Below, piece by piece: positions 42,222 through 49,081 of a stretch of 64,000 nt of DNA; the stretch's first letter is position 1; every line of letters begins with the position of its first letter. A program made the position numbers and the translations under genes. Under the pieces are notes generated by a model. It worked only from the letters and a program-made list of their open reading frames with translations. It was not told the origin of the DNA and made no database searches. The DNA lies in NCBI RefSeq assembly GCF_006345805.1, contig NC_043005.1, positions 6,138,001-6,202,000 on the forward strand. Direction: 5' to 3'. This stretch comes from Octopus sinensis (Eukaryota).

Positions 42222-42506
42222 GTCATCATCATCACCATCACCATCGTCATTCATTCGTGCTTGTTGCACGGATCCCAGTGACACTTGTCCTCTCCAGCCT
42301 GTTTGGTCCACCACTGCATGTGGTAGGTCTTCTCGGGTGCACTTGGACTTCTTGCACAGTCGCTTTATGTACGTCCATGCTTTATGCATATGGTCCATCA
42401 ATATTTGCACAAGATTACACATAACTAGTTACATACACACACACAAATGTATTACTCGCACAAACTAATGTATACACATATATACATATATATATATATA
42501 CATATA

Positions 42507-42578
<72 letters not shown>

Positions 42579-45500
42579 CGCATGGCTCAGTGGTTAGAGC
42601 GTCGAGCTTACGATCGTGAGGTTGTGAGCTCGAATCCCGGACCGGGCTGCGTGTTGTGTTCTTGAGCAAGGCACTTTATTTCACGTTGCTCCAGTTCACT
42701 CAACTGTAGAAAGGTGAAGGCGCATGGCTCAGTGGTTAGAGCGTCGAGCTTACGATCGTGAGGTTGTGAGCTCGAATCCCGGACCGGGCTGCGTGTTGTG
42801 TTCTTGAGCAGGCACTTTATTTCACGTTGCTCCAGTTCACTCAACTGTAGAAAGGTGAAGGCGCATGGCTCAGTGGTTAGAGCGTCGAGCTTACGATCGT
42901 GAGGTTGTGAGCTCGAATCCCGGACCGGGCTGCGTGTTGTGTTCTTGAGCAAGGCACTTTATTTCACGTTGCTCCAGTTCACTCAACTGTAGAAAGGTGA
43001 AGGCGCATGGCTCAGTGGTTAGAGCGTCGAGCTTACGATCATGAGGTTGTGAGCTCGAATCCCGGACCGGGCTGCGTGTTGTGTTCTTGAGCAAGGCACT
43101 TTATTTCACGTTGCTCCAGTTCACTCAACTGTAGAAAGGTGAAGGCGCATGGCTCAGTGGTTAGAGCGTCGAGCTTACGATCGTGAGGTTGTGAGCTCGA
43201 ATCCCGGACCGGGCTGCGTGTTGTGTTCTTGAGCAAGGCACTTTATTTCACGTTGCTCCAGTTCACTCACTGTAGAAATGAGTTGCGACGTCACAGGTGC
43301 CAAGCTGTATCGACCTTTGTCTTTCCCTTGGATAACACTGGTGGTGTGGAGAGGGGAGGCTGGTATGCATGGGCGACTGCTGGTCTTCCATAAACAACCT
43401 TGCCCGGACTTGTGTCTAGGAGGGTAACTTTCTAGGTGCAATCCCATGGTCATTCATGACCGAAGGGGGTCTTTTCCCCTTATATATATATATATGTATA
43501 TATATAAAATTAAATAAGGGTAGAAATTGAGATTAATCAATTAAAACCAGTGGCCTAGCATATTTAAAAGAATCAGAAGATTAAAAATTTTTTTACATAC
43601 AAAATTTAGAGGCCTGACCACTAAAAAAGTGGACAGCCTGTATGCTAGATATAGATGTCAAAATCGCCATTTTCCACAAAGAATGTGTTCTCAAGAATGT
43701 TGAGAACACATTCTTCATGGAAAATGGCGATTTTGACGTCTATATCTAGCATACAGGCTGTCCACTTTTTTAGTGGTCAGGCCTCTAAATTTTGTATATA
43801 TGTATATATATGAATATATGTATGTATGTATATAAAATCATTGTCATGTTAACATGGGTTGGGACAAAGGTTACAGCATGATGCCTTTCATGTCACCAAC
43901 ATTTCCCTGTTGTTTTTTTTTTTTCAAGTAAGGTAGTTTTATTCCATTGGTCTTTATACAGGAGATACAGTACCGGAGAAGTAAAGAGGACGTTGCTGTC
44001 ACCCAGTCCATATTATGGGGAGTAACAAGGAACTAAACATTCAAGAATATATTGACATACAATTTTTTTTAATTCTAAAATTACACACACACACATGCAC
44101 ACACATATGCACACTCACAAACACACACACACACACACTCATGCACAAAATTTTAATACAAGAAGATGGCATTAACAGACTTTAATCCATATTACTACAA
44201 CTGTTTCTTTGCATTAGTATCAGTTGTTAATTGCTGAGTGCTTCATATATTATACACATTATTGCATTAATAGTTGTGGCCTGCACATCTTCAGGTGAGT
44301 GTATATAAAACACTCAACAATCACCAGCTAACACCAATGCACAGAAACAATTGTATTGATTTGGATTAAAGCCTGTTCATTCCATCTTCTCGTATAGTAA
44401 TTTCTTTGTATGAATTCTACTGATATTCATGGATTTCCACATGTAGATCCAGTAAAAGGAAAATTCCTACACTATGATAATATATGGTAGCCAATAACCA
44501 TGGTGAAGCTTTATAAAGCATGCTTTAAGGTTATTGCTGAGAGGATATTATACACACCCACATATAGGGTGCAATGGGTAAATTATCACTATTCTATAAT
44601 TTTAGTTTCGTGCATGCACATTGTTTTTAAGTCTGTCGACCACACAGTATAGTAGGGTCAGTTGAGAAAAACAGCACCATGATGCAATTCACTCTGCCCA
44701 AAATTTGGAAACGACATGCTGTACTGCTTGGCATTCATGCCAGAAGCTCCAATATGAACATTTCAGAGTGTTTGGATGTCAATCTGAGGACATGTACAGA
44801 GAGTGATAAAATCAAACATCCAGTGACCATCATGGTGTTTGGAGTGATCAGTAGTGATCAGTAGTGATGTTATGCATCCATTCATCTTCCCACACTGCTT
44901 CAAACTGAACACAGAGGCCTACATCAAGTGCCTGGTGGAGGTAGTGCTGCTTTGGGTCAAGAGGGTGACTGCTCAAGACCCTATGTCTGGCAACAGGGCT
45001 CTACACCATGCCACACAAGCAGGAGAACCCAGTCGTGGGTGTCAAACAATTTCTGCGACCACATCACCCCTAACAACTGGCCACCTAACACTCCAGATTG
45101 CAACCCCCTTGATTATTATGTGTGGGGCATAGTGGAGCAAGAGGCCAACAAAACTCCTTGTAACACCAAAAATGAACTGAAGGCAAGGATTATGGCAGCA
45201 TTCACCAACTTAAACAAGGAGACCATCCAGAAGAGTTGCAGGAGATTCCAAAGTTGTCTGGAGGCCATAGTTGAAGCCAATGACAATTTTATTGAATAAA
45301 TTTACTCTTTAGCATTTCAAGATATTCTTATGTAAATTTGGTAAATGTATCTGTTAAAACGAGACATCAGTGTCATTTTCATTTTTGCATAATTTAGATG
45401 ACAATTCATTCACCACACCCTGTATATATATATGCACAATTTTTGAAATAAAATTCTAAACTTTATAAATATAAAGGATGAAAAGTCCTTCCTTAGCTTA

Positions 45501-45852
45501 AGGCTCATAAGGCTGGCTTTCTGGATTCTGTGGTGCATATATTCACCTGGATGGGATGCTAGTCTGTCACAGGAATGCTCTTTTTTGCTTGCTGGGAGGA
45601 CTGTAACAATGTGAAATGAAGTGTTTTGCTCAAAAGCAAAGCACACTGCCTGGTCCAGGAATTGAAACCACAATCTTACGATCATGAGTGCAACACCCTA
45701 GCCACAAAGCCACATTCCTACACACACACACACACACACATTCATATCTTAAATATTTCAATACATACCCATATACATATCGTCATTGTTTAGTGGTCCT
45801 TCCTTTGTAGAAATTGCTTTGTGGGATCGAAGATTGATGTCATGGATTTGGC
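140..45852 (-). CDS. Integrin alpha subunit, partial multi-exon gene (19 exons in window; propeller blades 3-7, thigh, genu, calf-1); resembles the RGD-binding PS2/alphaV group
   Basis: Manually joined exons all have AG/GT ends, matching phases and no stop. FG-GAP repeats ([46 protein letters not shown]), four Ca2+ loops, RARPVV propeller/thigh junction, genu [11 protein letters not shown], calf-1 EDAFE and CDLGNPL. No start or stop codon in window. Confidence 0.96.
1660..1708. repeat. (GA)n microsatellite (representative of many TA, CA, GA and AAT tracts)
   Basis: Direct reading. Confidence 0.95.
1921..2000 (-). CDS. Integrin alpha exon, 80 nt: [26 protein letters not shown](C)
   Basis: ttctccag|GTT...TG|gtaata; phases 0-2 fit. 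Confidence 0.9.
2158..2507. mobile_element. hAT (Charlie/Buster-like) MITE
   Basis: TIRs cagcagttctcaacc / ggttaagaacccctg; 8-bp TSD atcttcag / atctacag. Confidence 0.75.
2884..2973 (-). CDS. Integrin alpha exon, 90 nt: [30 protein letters not shown]
   Basis: cattccag|AAA...AAG|gtaagt; CDLGNPL. Confidence 0.96.
3549..3696 (-). CDS. Integrin alpha exon, 148 nt: (R)[49 protein letters not shown]
   Basis: ttttacag|A...GCT|gtgagt; calf-1 NxxEDAFE. Confidence 0.95.
4581..4648 (-). CDS. Integrin alpha exon, 68 nt (genu): [22 protein letters not shown](R)
   Basis: tttcacag|ATC...AG|gtagga; CGxDNICxPDL. Confidence 0.96.
5504..5635 (-). CDS. Integrin alpha exon, 132 nt: [44 protein letters not shown]
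   Basis: cttttaag|GAA...ACG|gtaagg; RDKLTP and LxPIL motifs. Confidence 0.95.
6070..6112 (+). ncRNA. Minimal type I hammerhead ribozyme motif
   Basis: GAAC-CTGAAGA-T-TGCA gaatttaa TGCA-T-GAAA-GTAC-TA|GTTT; palindromic stem III AGTACT; AATAAA ~80 nt downstream. Confidence 0.6.
6536..6910 (+). mobile_element. tRNA-headed CORE-like SINE (representative; others at about 24067+, 33043+, 40416-, 46940-, 48846+, 49913+, 53540-, 55590-)
   Basis: tggctgtgtggtaag...ggttcagtcccactg...ccttgggcaa..gtcttctactatagc, internal (TG)n, conserved tail. Confidence 0.85.
7690..7990 (-). mobile_element. tRNA-derived SINE, distinct GC-rich family
   Basis: Minus strand head ggaggtgcaatggcccagtgattaggg...ggtttcaattccc with A/B-box-like motifs. 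Confidence 0.7.
8184..8332 (-). CDS. Integrin alpha exon, 149 nt: (R)[49 protein letters not shown]
   Basis: tttcaaag|GT...AAG|gtattc; thigh LD...R...YLK pattern. Confidence 0.91.
9950..10188. mobile_element. hAT MITE
   Basis: TIRs cagtggttcccaacc / ggctgagaaccacca; TSD atttagat / atttagag. Confidence 0.75.
10274..10329 (-). CDS. Integrin alpha exon, 56 nt: (C)[18 protein letters not shown](R)
   Basis: atttctag|C...C|gtaagt; phases 2-1 fit both neighbours. Confidence 0.9.
11498..11660. repeat. Minisatellite, ~41-bp unit x4
   Basis: ctc(g/a)aaagg..ct(t/c)agc...ttgcctctg recurs at ~41-bp spacing. Confidence 0.75.
11800..11904 (-). CDS. Integrin alpha exon, 105 nt: (R)[34 protein letters not shown](C)
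   Basis: tttttag|A...TG|gtatgt; RARPVV start of thigh. Confidence 0.95.
12237..12390. repeat. Inverted repeat containing two opposed U3-A8 hammerhead-like motifs
   Basis: Arms are reverse complements; TTGAAAA-G-(G/T)TTGC AAGAC GCAAC-GAAA-ATTTTAG at 12323-12356(+) and 12271-12307(-). Confidence 0.7.
14075..15310 (+). repeat. Head-to-tail cluster of ~200-bp SINE copies separated by (ATT)n
   Basis: Repeated gctggcagaatcgttagc...ttctgagttcaaattc...gactttgcctttcatcc...taagtaccagtt. Confidence 0.8.
16795..17296 (+). mobile_element. CR1-group LINE 3' fragment with 3' UTR and (ATT)n tail
   Basis: [30 protein letters not shown], then stop and ttcattattattat. Confidence 0.88.
19457..19502 (-). CDS. 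Integrin alpha exon, 46 nt: (D)[14 protein letters not shown](R)
   Basis: tttggcag|AT...AG|gtcagt. Confidence 0.94.
19630..21280 (+). mobile_element. Degenerate HERO-like non-LTR retrotransposon with restriction-like endonuclease, interrupted by SINEs
   Basis: [23 protein letters not shown] (cf. RYxWRHxxVL), [11 protein letters not shown] (cf. ELTVPWEEN), [14 protein letters not shown]; SINE pieces at about 20180-20390 and 20755-20830. Confidence 0.7.
22405..22620 (+). mobile_element. LINE ORF2 C-terminal fragment
   Basis: HCIVPKVP...[21 protein letters not shown]...[16 protein letters not shown]. Confidence 0.65.
22986..23049 (+). ncRNA. Type I hammerhead ribozyme motif in one arm of an inverted repeat
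   Basis: TAGAGT-CTGACGA-G-ACATTCA...TGGATGT-GAAA-CCACTG-GTC|ACCCTA; decayed relatives at about 22841-22905(-) and 51851-51910(-). Confidence 0.6.
23356..23545 (-). mobile_element. 3' terminal fragment of the same DD37D family
   Basis: Reverse-complement similarity to about 45238-45422, including the TIR cagggtgcggcgaatgaattgtc. Confidence 0.8.
23649..23739 (-). CDS. Integrin alpha exon, 91 nt: [30 protein letters not shown](D)
   Basis: attttcag|GTG...G|gtatgt; blade-7 FGYSL and DLDGNGY loop. Confidence 0.96.
25645..26317 (-). mobile_element. Retrozyme/Penelope-like non-autonomous element (363-nt monomer, partial tandem plus inverted segment)
   Basis: 25645-25793 repeated at 26008-26155; 25708-25866 inverted at 26159-26317; one hammerhead per monomer; (TA)n on both sides. 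Confidence 0.7.
25877..25918 (-). ncRNA. Minimal type I hammerhead ribozyme, U3-A8 core variant
   Basis: GCTGCA-TTGAAAA-GGGG CAATA CCCC-GAAA-CGCG-TC|TGTAGC: 6-bp stem I, 4-bp stem II, palindromic stem III, GUC site. Confidence 0.75.
26653..27130 (-). mobile_element. (GAT)n-tailed SINE-like repeat with internal subrepeats (others at about 4727+, 11215-, 21655+, 32400+, 53215-, 59945+)
   Basis: Shared ggcgttaggaagggcatccagctgtagaaa...aacccatgc.agcatggaaagcggacgttaaa(tga)n. Confidence 0.8.
27494..27591 (-). CDS. Integrin alpha exon, 98 nt: (D)[32 protein letters not shown]
   Basis: ttttccag|AT...CAG|gtaagt; APYGG and GAVYIYHG. Confidence 0.96.
27615..27995. repeat. Degenerate trinucleotide (ATC/ACC/ATT) tract
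   Basis: Period-3 low-complexity sequence next to an exon acceptor. Confidence 0.85.
28484..28592 (-). CDS. Integrin alpha exon, 109 nt: [36 protein letters not shown](D)
   Basis: ccttgcag|CAT...G|gtgagt; RFG and DINxDGYND loop. Confidence 0.95.
28824..29025. mobile_element. hAT MITE nested in a piggyBac-like MITE
   Basis: TIRs caggtgttttcaacc / gtttgaaaagcactg; perfect TSD agctagtg; empty site in sibling copy near 48270. Confidence 0.85.
29703..31560 (+). mobile_element. CR1-group LINE, truncated ORF2 (reverse transcriptase) with two frameshifts
   Basis: [61 protein letters not shown]; frames shift near 30786 and 31081; no endonuclease domain, no tail. Confidence 0.95.
31806..31840 (-). 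ncRNA. Minimal type I hammerhead ribozyme within a ~200-bp repeat (about 31705-31910)
   Basis: GTTT-CTGACGA-A-GAGC TCC GCTC-GAAAC-GTT|AAAC; the sibling copy at about 7165-7370 has a damaged GAAA. Confidence 0.65.
32111..32207 (-). CDS. Integrin alpha exon, 97 nt: (K)[32 protein letters not shown]
   Basis: ctttcag|A...AAG|gtaata; GAP and GxVYVY motifs. Confidence 0.95.
33487..33539 (-). CDS. Integrin alpha exon, 53 nt: [17 protein letters not shown](K)
   Basis: ttttgtag|TTT...AA|gtaaga; FG motif and DLNGD loop. Confidence 0.95.
35165..35560 (-). mobile_element. Penelope-like fragment with decayed hammerhead and short inverted repeat across (TA)n
   Basis: CTGAAGA-GGGG...CCCT-GAAA on minus strand at about 35308-35345; 35461-35484 inverted at about 35534-35557. 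Confidence 0.45.
37044..37097 (-). CDS. Integrin alpha exon, 54 nt: [18 protein letters not shown]
   Basis: tattccag|GTT...CAG|gtaagt; phase 0-0. Confidence 0.9.
37150..37620 (-). mobile_element. Degenerate LINE RT C-terminal fragment
   Basis: [28 protein letters not shown] resembles the LxHRRxVASLxLFYRY..C.SEL motif. Confidence 0.6.
37738..37985 (+). mobile_element. tRNA-derived SINE (head related to the 42.6-kb array)
   Basis: ggcacgtggcttagtggttaggg...ggtttcgattcctggactggg...ttgagcaaaacacttcatttt; similar at about 1055, 20180, 45500-45720(-). Confidence 0.75.
38798..38841 (-). CDS. Integrin alpha exon, 44 nt: (D)[14 protein letters not shown]
   Basis: ttttacag|AT...AAG|gtaagt; GAP-like SAP. 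Confidence 0.92.
39534..39578 (-). CDS. Integrin alpha exon, 45 nt: (G)[14 protein letters not shown](D)
   Basis: catccag|GT...CAA G|gtgata; blade-4 Ca2+ loop. Confidence 0.93.
39605..39785 (-). mobile_element. Short Penelope-like repeat with hammerhead-like variant; second copy at about 12945-13145
   Basis: Two similar copies beside (TA)n; CTTT-CTGTAGA-A-GAGC ATAG GCTC-GAAAC-ATA-AAAG at 39698-39733. Confidence 0.55.
41960..42400 (-). mobile_element. RTE-like LINE 3' end with ~290-bp (GAT/GAC)n tail
   Basis: [31 protein letters not shown] followed directly by the trinucleotide tract. Confidence 0.6.
42575..43480 (+). mobile_element. tRNA-derived SINE with five tandem 141-142-bp heads
   Basis: Units start 42575, 42717, 42858, 43000, 43142; each has A box TGGCTCAGTGG and B-box-like GCTCGAATCC; only the fifth continues into the body. 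Confidence 0.9.
43597..43797. repeat. Near-perfect palindrome (98-bp arms, 5-nt loop)
   Basis: 43597-43694 vs 43700-43797, 3 mismatches by eye. Confidence 0.92.
44151..44403. repeat. Diverged inverted repeat with decayed hammerhead-like core
   Basis: agaagatggcattaacagactttaatcca vs tggattaaagcctgttcattccatcttct; minus strand CTGAAGA...GAAACAGTTGTA. Confidence 0.6.
44565..45422 (+). mobile_element. Internally deleted Tc1/mariner transposon, DD37D (maT-type) spacing
   Basis: TA flanks; imperfect TIRs (t)agggtgcaatgggtaaattatc / gacaattcattcaccacaccctg; IMVFG, WQQ(D>G)S.PCH and [13 protein letters not shown] with 37 residues between the two positions; frameshifted. Confidence 0.85.
45769..45852 (-). 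CDS. Integrin alpha exon, 84 nt: (G)[27 protein letters not shown](G)
   Basis: ttttgcag|GC...ATG G|gtatgt; phase 1-1; DDxYxG motif. Confidence 0.9.
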
Positions 45853-46165
45853 CTGCAAAAAGTAAAAAAAAAATCAGGAATTTTTTTAAGAAGTTAAAAA
45901 AACAAAAAAGAAACAAGCAGAAAATATATATTAGATCTGGAAATTTTTTTAAATAAAACAAAGAAATAAACAATGAAAATGAAATTTAGTGATTTCATCC
46001 AATAAACAGAGGAGCAGCCAGTTAAAACACGTTTTCCAGTCATTAGACTGTGGCCATGCTGGGGCACCACCTTGAAGAATTTTTAGTTGGATAAACTGAC
46101 CCCCAGTACTTACTACTACTACTACTACCACCACCACCACCACCACCACCACTACTACCACCACC

Positions 46166-46217
<52 letters not shown>

Positions 46218-48173
46218 GCCATGTGTATATTTCATCTGGAGGTTTTGGTAGTTTTTTGAAGGTCTCGACACTTCAAGCCTGCTGGAGATTGGTCATTTTC
46301 ACCCTTGCTCCATTAATATAATTATATACATATGTATATTATTATTTTAATGCATAACTTTTTATAGCATACTGACTCATTGATAAGTTTTTATCCTTAT
46401 ATTCTATATATGTATATATATTTCTTTACTACCCACAAGAGGACAAACAAAGACAGACAAACAGATTAAGTCAATTACATCGGCCCCAGTGCATAACTGG
46501 TACTTAACTTATCGACTCCGAAAGGATGAAAGGCAAAGTTGACCTTGGCAGAATTTGAACTCGGAACGTATCGACAGACGAAATACGACTACGCATTTTG
46601 TCTGGCGTGCTAACGTTTCTGCCAGCTCGCCACCCTAAATTCTATATATGTATATATATATATACACACTTACACATACATGAACGTGTGTGTGAGGGAG
46701 AGAGAGTTCAGGGAAAGAAGAGCAAACTGAATTACAACACAAAACACTGGGAAAAAATAAAATAGAAAATAACATAAAAATATAAGAAAAAAAATTGTGA
46801 ATTCTGTGACCCAAGAAAAGGTGAAACTTGAAGTTCCAGGCAAACCAAAATGACTTCTAAATAAGGTTCTGGTTTCTCTTTCTATGTTCTTCAGTTTATT
46901 TAAGTTCTATGGGGTTCTTTGATTGGGATGTGTAGTATGTTTACTCTTTTACTTGTTTCAGCCATTTGATTGCGGCCATGCTGGAGCACCGCCTTTAGTA
47001 GAGCAAATCGACCCCAGGACTTATTCTTTGTAAACCTAGTACTTATTCTATTGGTCTCTTTTGCCAAACTGCTAGGTTATGGGGACGTAAACACACCAGC
47101 ATCGGTTGTCAAGCAATGTTGGAGGGGGGACAAACACACACAAATATATACACACACATACATATTTATATATATATATACATATAAACGACAGGCTTCT
47201 TCAGTTTCCGTCTACCAAATCCACTCACAAAGCTTTGGTCAACCCGAGGCTATAGTAGAAGACACTTGCCCAAGGTGCCATGCAGTGGGACTGAACCCGG
47301 AACCATGTGGTTGGTAAGCAAGCTACTTACCACACAGTCACTCCTGTGCCTGTTTATATAACAATAATGTTTCTCTGGCATTAATTTTAGTTTTTAACAG
47401 ACAGGAAGCTTTGCGCTATTTGTTCCGATTCTCTGCACCTTGAGTTCAAATCTAACTAAGGTCAATTTAACCTTTCAGCCTTCTGGGGTCAAAAAAGTAT
47501 TAATTCAAAATAGTGAACTGGCAGAACTGTGGCATTTATTCCAGTTCTTTACATTCTAGGTTCAAATCCTGCTATGGTCAACTTGGAGAGTAGACTTAAA
47601 CGGTTGTCCAGTTTAACACCTCCACAGTTGACCCCTTGGGTGATTTTAGTGAAGTCTACTCTGTTATAAACATTGGAGCCAGGTTTCTGGTTTAAAGAAC
47701 CCTTTCGCTCTTCCGCCCTCCCATCAGTCTTGGAAGCACTGTAAAAGATTATGGCCACTGCTCCATTTCCTGACTAAAATATATAAAAAAAACGTTTGAC
47801 TTTTAGATAGTCTTTTTTTTTCTAATTTCCTTCTTTCAGTACAAATTCTCTATCTTATCAGTTTCCTTAAACTCCCTCAGTATTTATGTAAGTGGTTCTG
47901 TTCCAGTTCTTGTCACTGATTAAATGTAACATTCTTTGAGCATATTTGTCCTACCCTCCAACCCGTTTGATATCACTGCTGAATTCATGTCCAGTTTTTA
48001 ATAGGTTCTCCAGCTGGCAATTGTCACTTGTATAGACTTCTGAATCAACCATACCCCTTTTGTTACCACATTTGAAATACACCCTCTCTGTTTCAACTAG
48101 TTTAAAAAATAATGAAGAATATAGTAAAGCGATGATGTCATTATTATAAATTGGTGTTCAGAATATTAATTAA

Positions 48174-48393
48174 CCCTTTTGTTACTGTATTTATTTTGAG
48201 ATGTTCTGTGTTTCTTTCAATTATTTTAAATATAACAAAGAATTCAGTAAAATAACTAAGTTATCATTCAGCTAGTGTTAGGAACATAAATTGTGACTAA
48301 GGTTTGGTGGAAGATTTTAATTCAAAACTTATGAAAACAAGACATTTGTACTCAGAGCCAGAGCTGGTTTCAGCCGGGTTGATAACGAAAGGG
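48174..48393. mobile_element. piggyBac-like MITE (relatives at about 28720, 29162, 39110, 48437, 48593, 55435, 56072)
   Basis: TTAA|CCCTTT...AAAGGG|TTAA termini. Confidence 0.75.
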
Positions 48394-49026
48394 TTAACAT
48401 GAAATTCTAAATGGAAATTTTAATTTAGATTATTTTAACCCCTTTTGTGACCAAATTACAATTGAAAATACATTGTATTTGTTTTAATTTATTTTGAAAA
48501 TAATGAATAATGTAACAAAACGACTTTGTCGTTAATAATCTGATGTTTGGAATATAAAATCAGTCTGAAACACTGATGAAAGGGTTTTTAACCTAATCCT
48601 TTTAGCATTCAGATTATTCTGTTCAAACGTAATGCTTATTTATTCAAATTGTTTTGAATTAATCAGGCATTTTCTCATGGCTTTGAGATTTCAGTGATAT
48701 GATTGTTTATTTTTAGAATGACAAAGTAGGGAAGGTGTGAGAAGCCAGACATGGTGAATCTGAACAAAAGACAGATAGAACATTTGGGTCAGATATAGCT
48801 GGTTTGGATAGCAAAGGATCAAAGTACTTTAAAGCAGGAAAGATTCAGGTGTGGCTGTGTGGTAAGTAGCTTGTTTACCAACCACATGGTTCTGGGTTCA
48901 GTCTCACTGCGTGGCACCTTGGGCAAGTGTCTTCTACTACAGCTTTGGGCCGACCAATGCCTTGTGAGTGGATTTGGTAGATGGAAACTGAAAGAAGCCT
49001 GTCGTATATATATGTATATATATATG

Positions 49027-49081
<55 letters not shown>

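Noticed and set aside
41619-42468. Poly-Asp / poly-Ser / poly-Met ORFs
   Set aside because: Translations of a (GAT)n retroelement tail; no splice or domain support.
42575-43280. tRNA gene cluster or CRISPR-like array
   Set aside because: Anticodon and acceptor stems do not pair, units are contiguous with no unique spacers, and the last unit continues into a SINE body.
44928-45299. Functional transposase ORF
   Set aside because: Catalytic Asp replaced by Gly, frameshifts and a large internal deletion.
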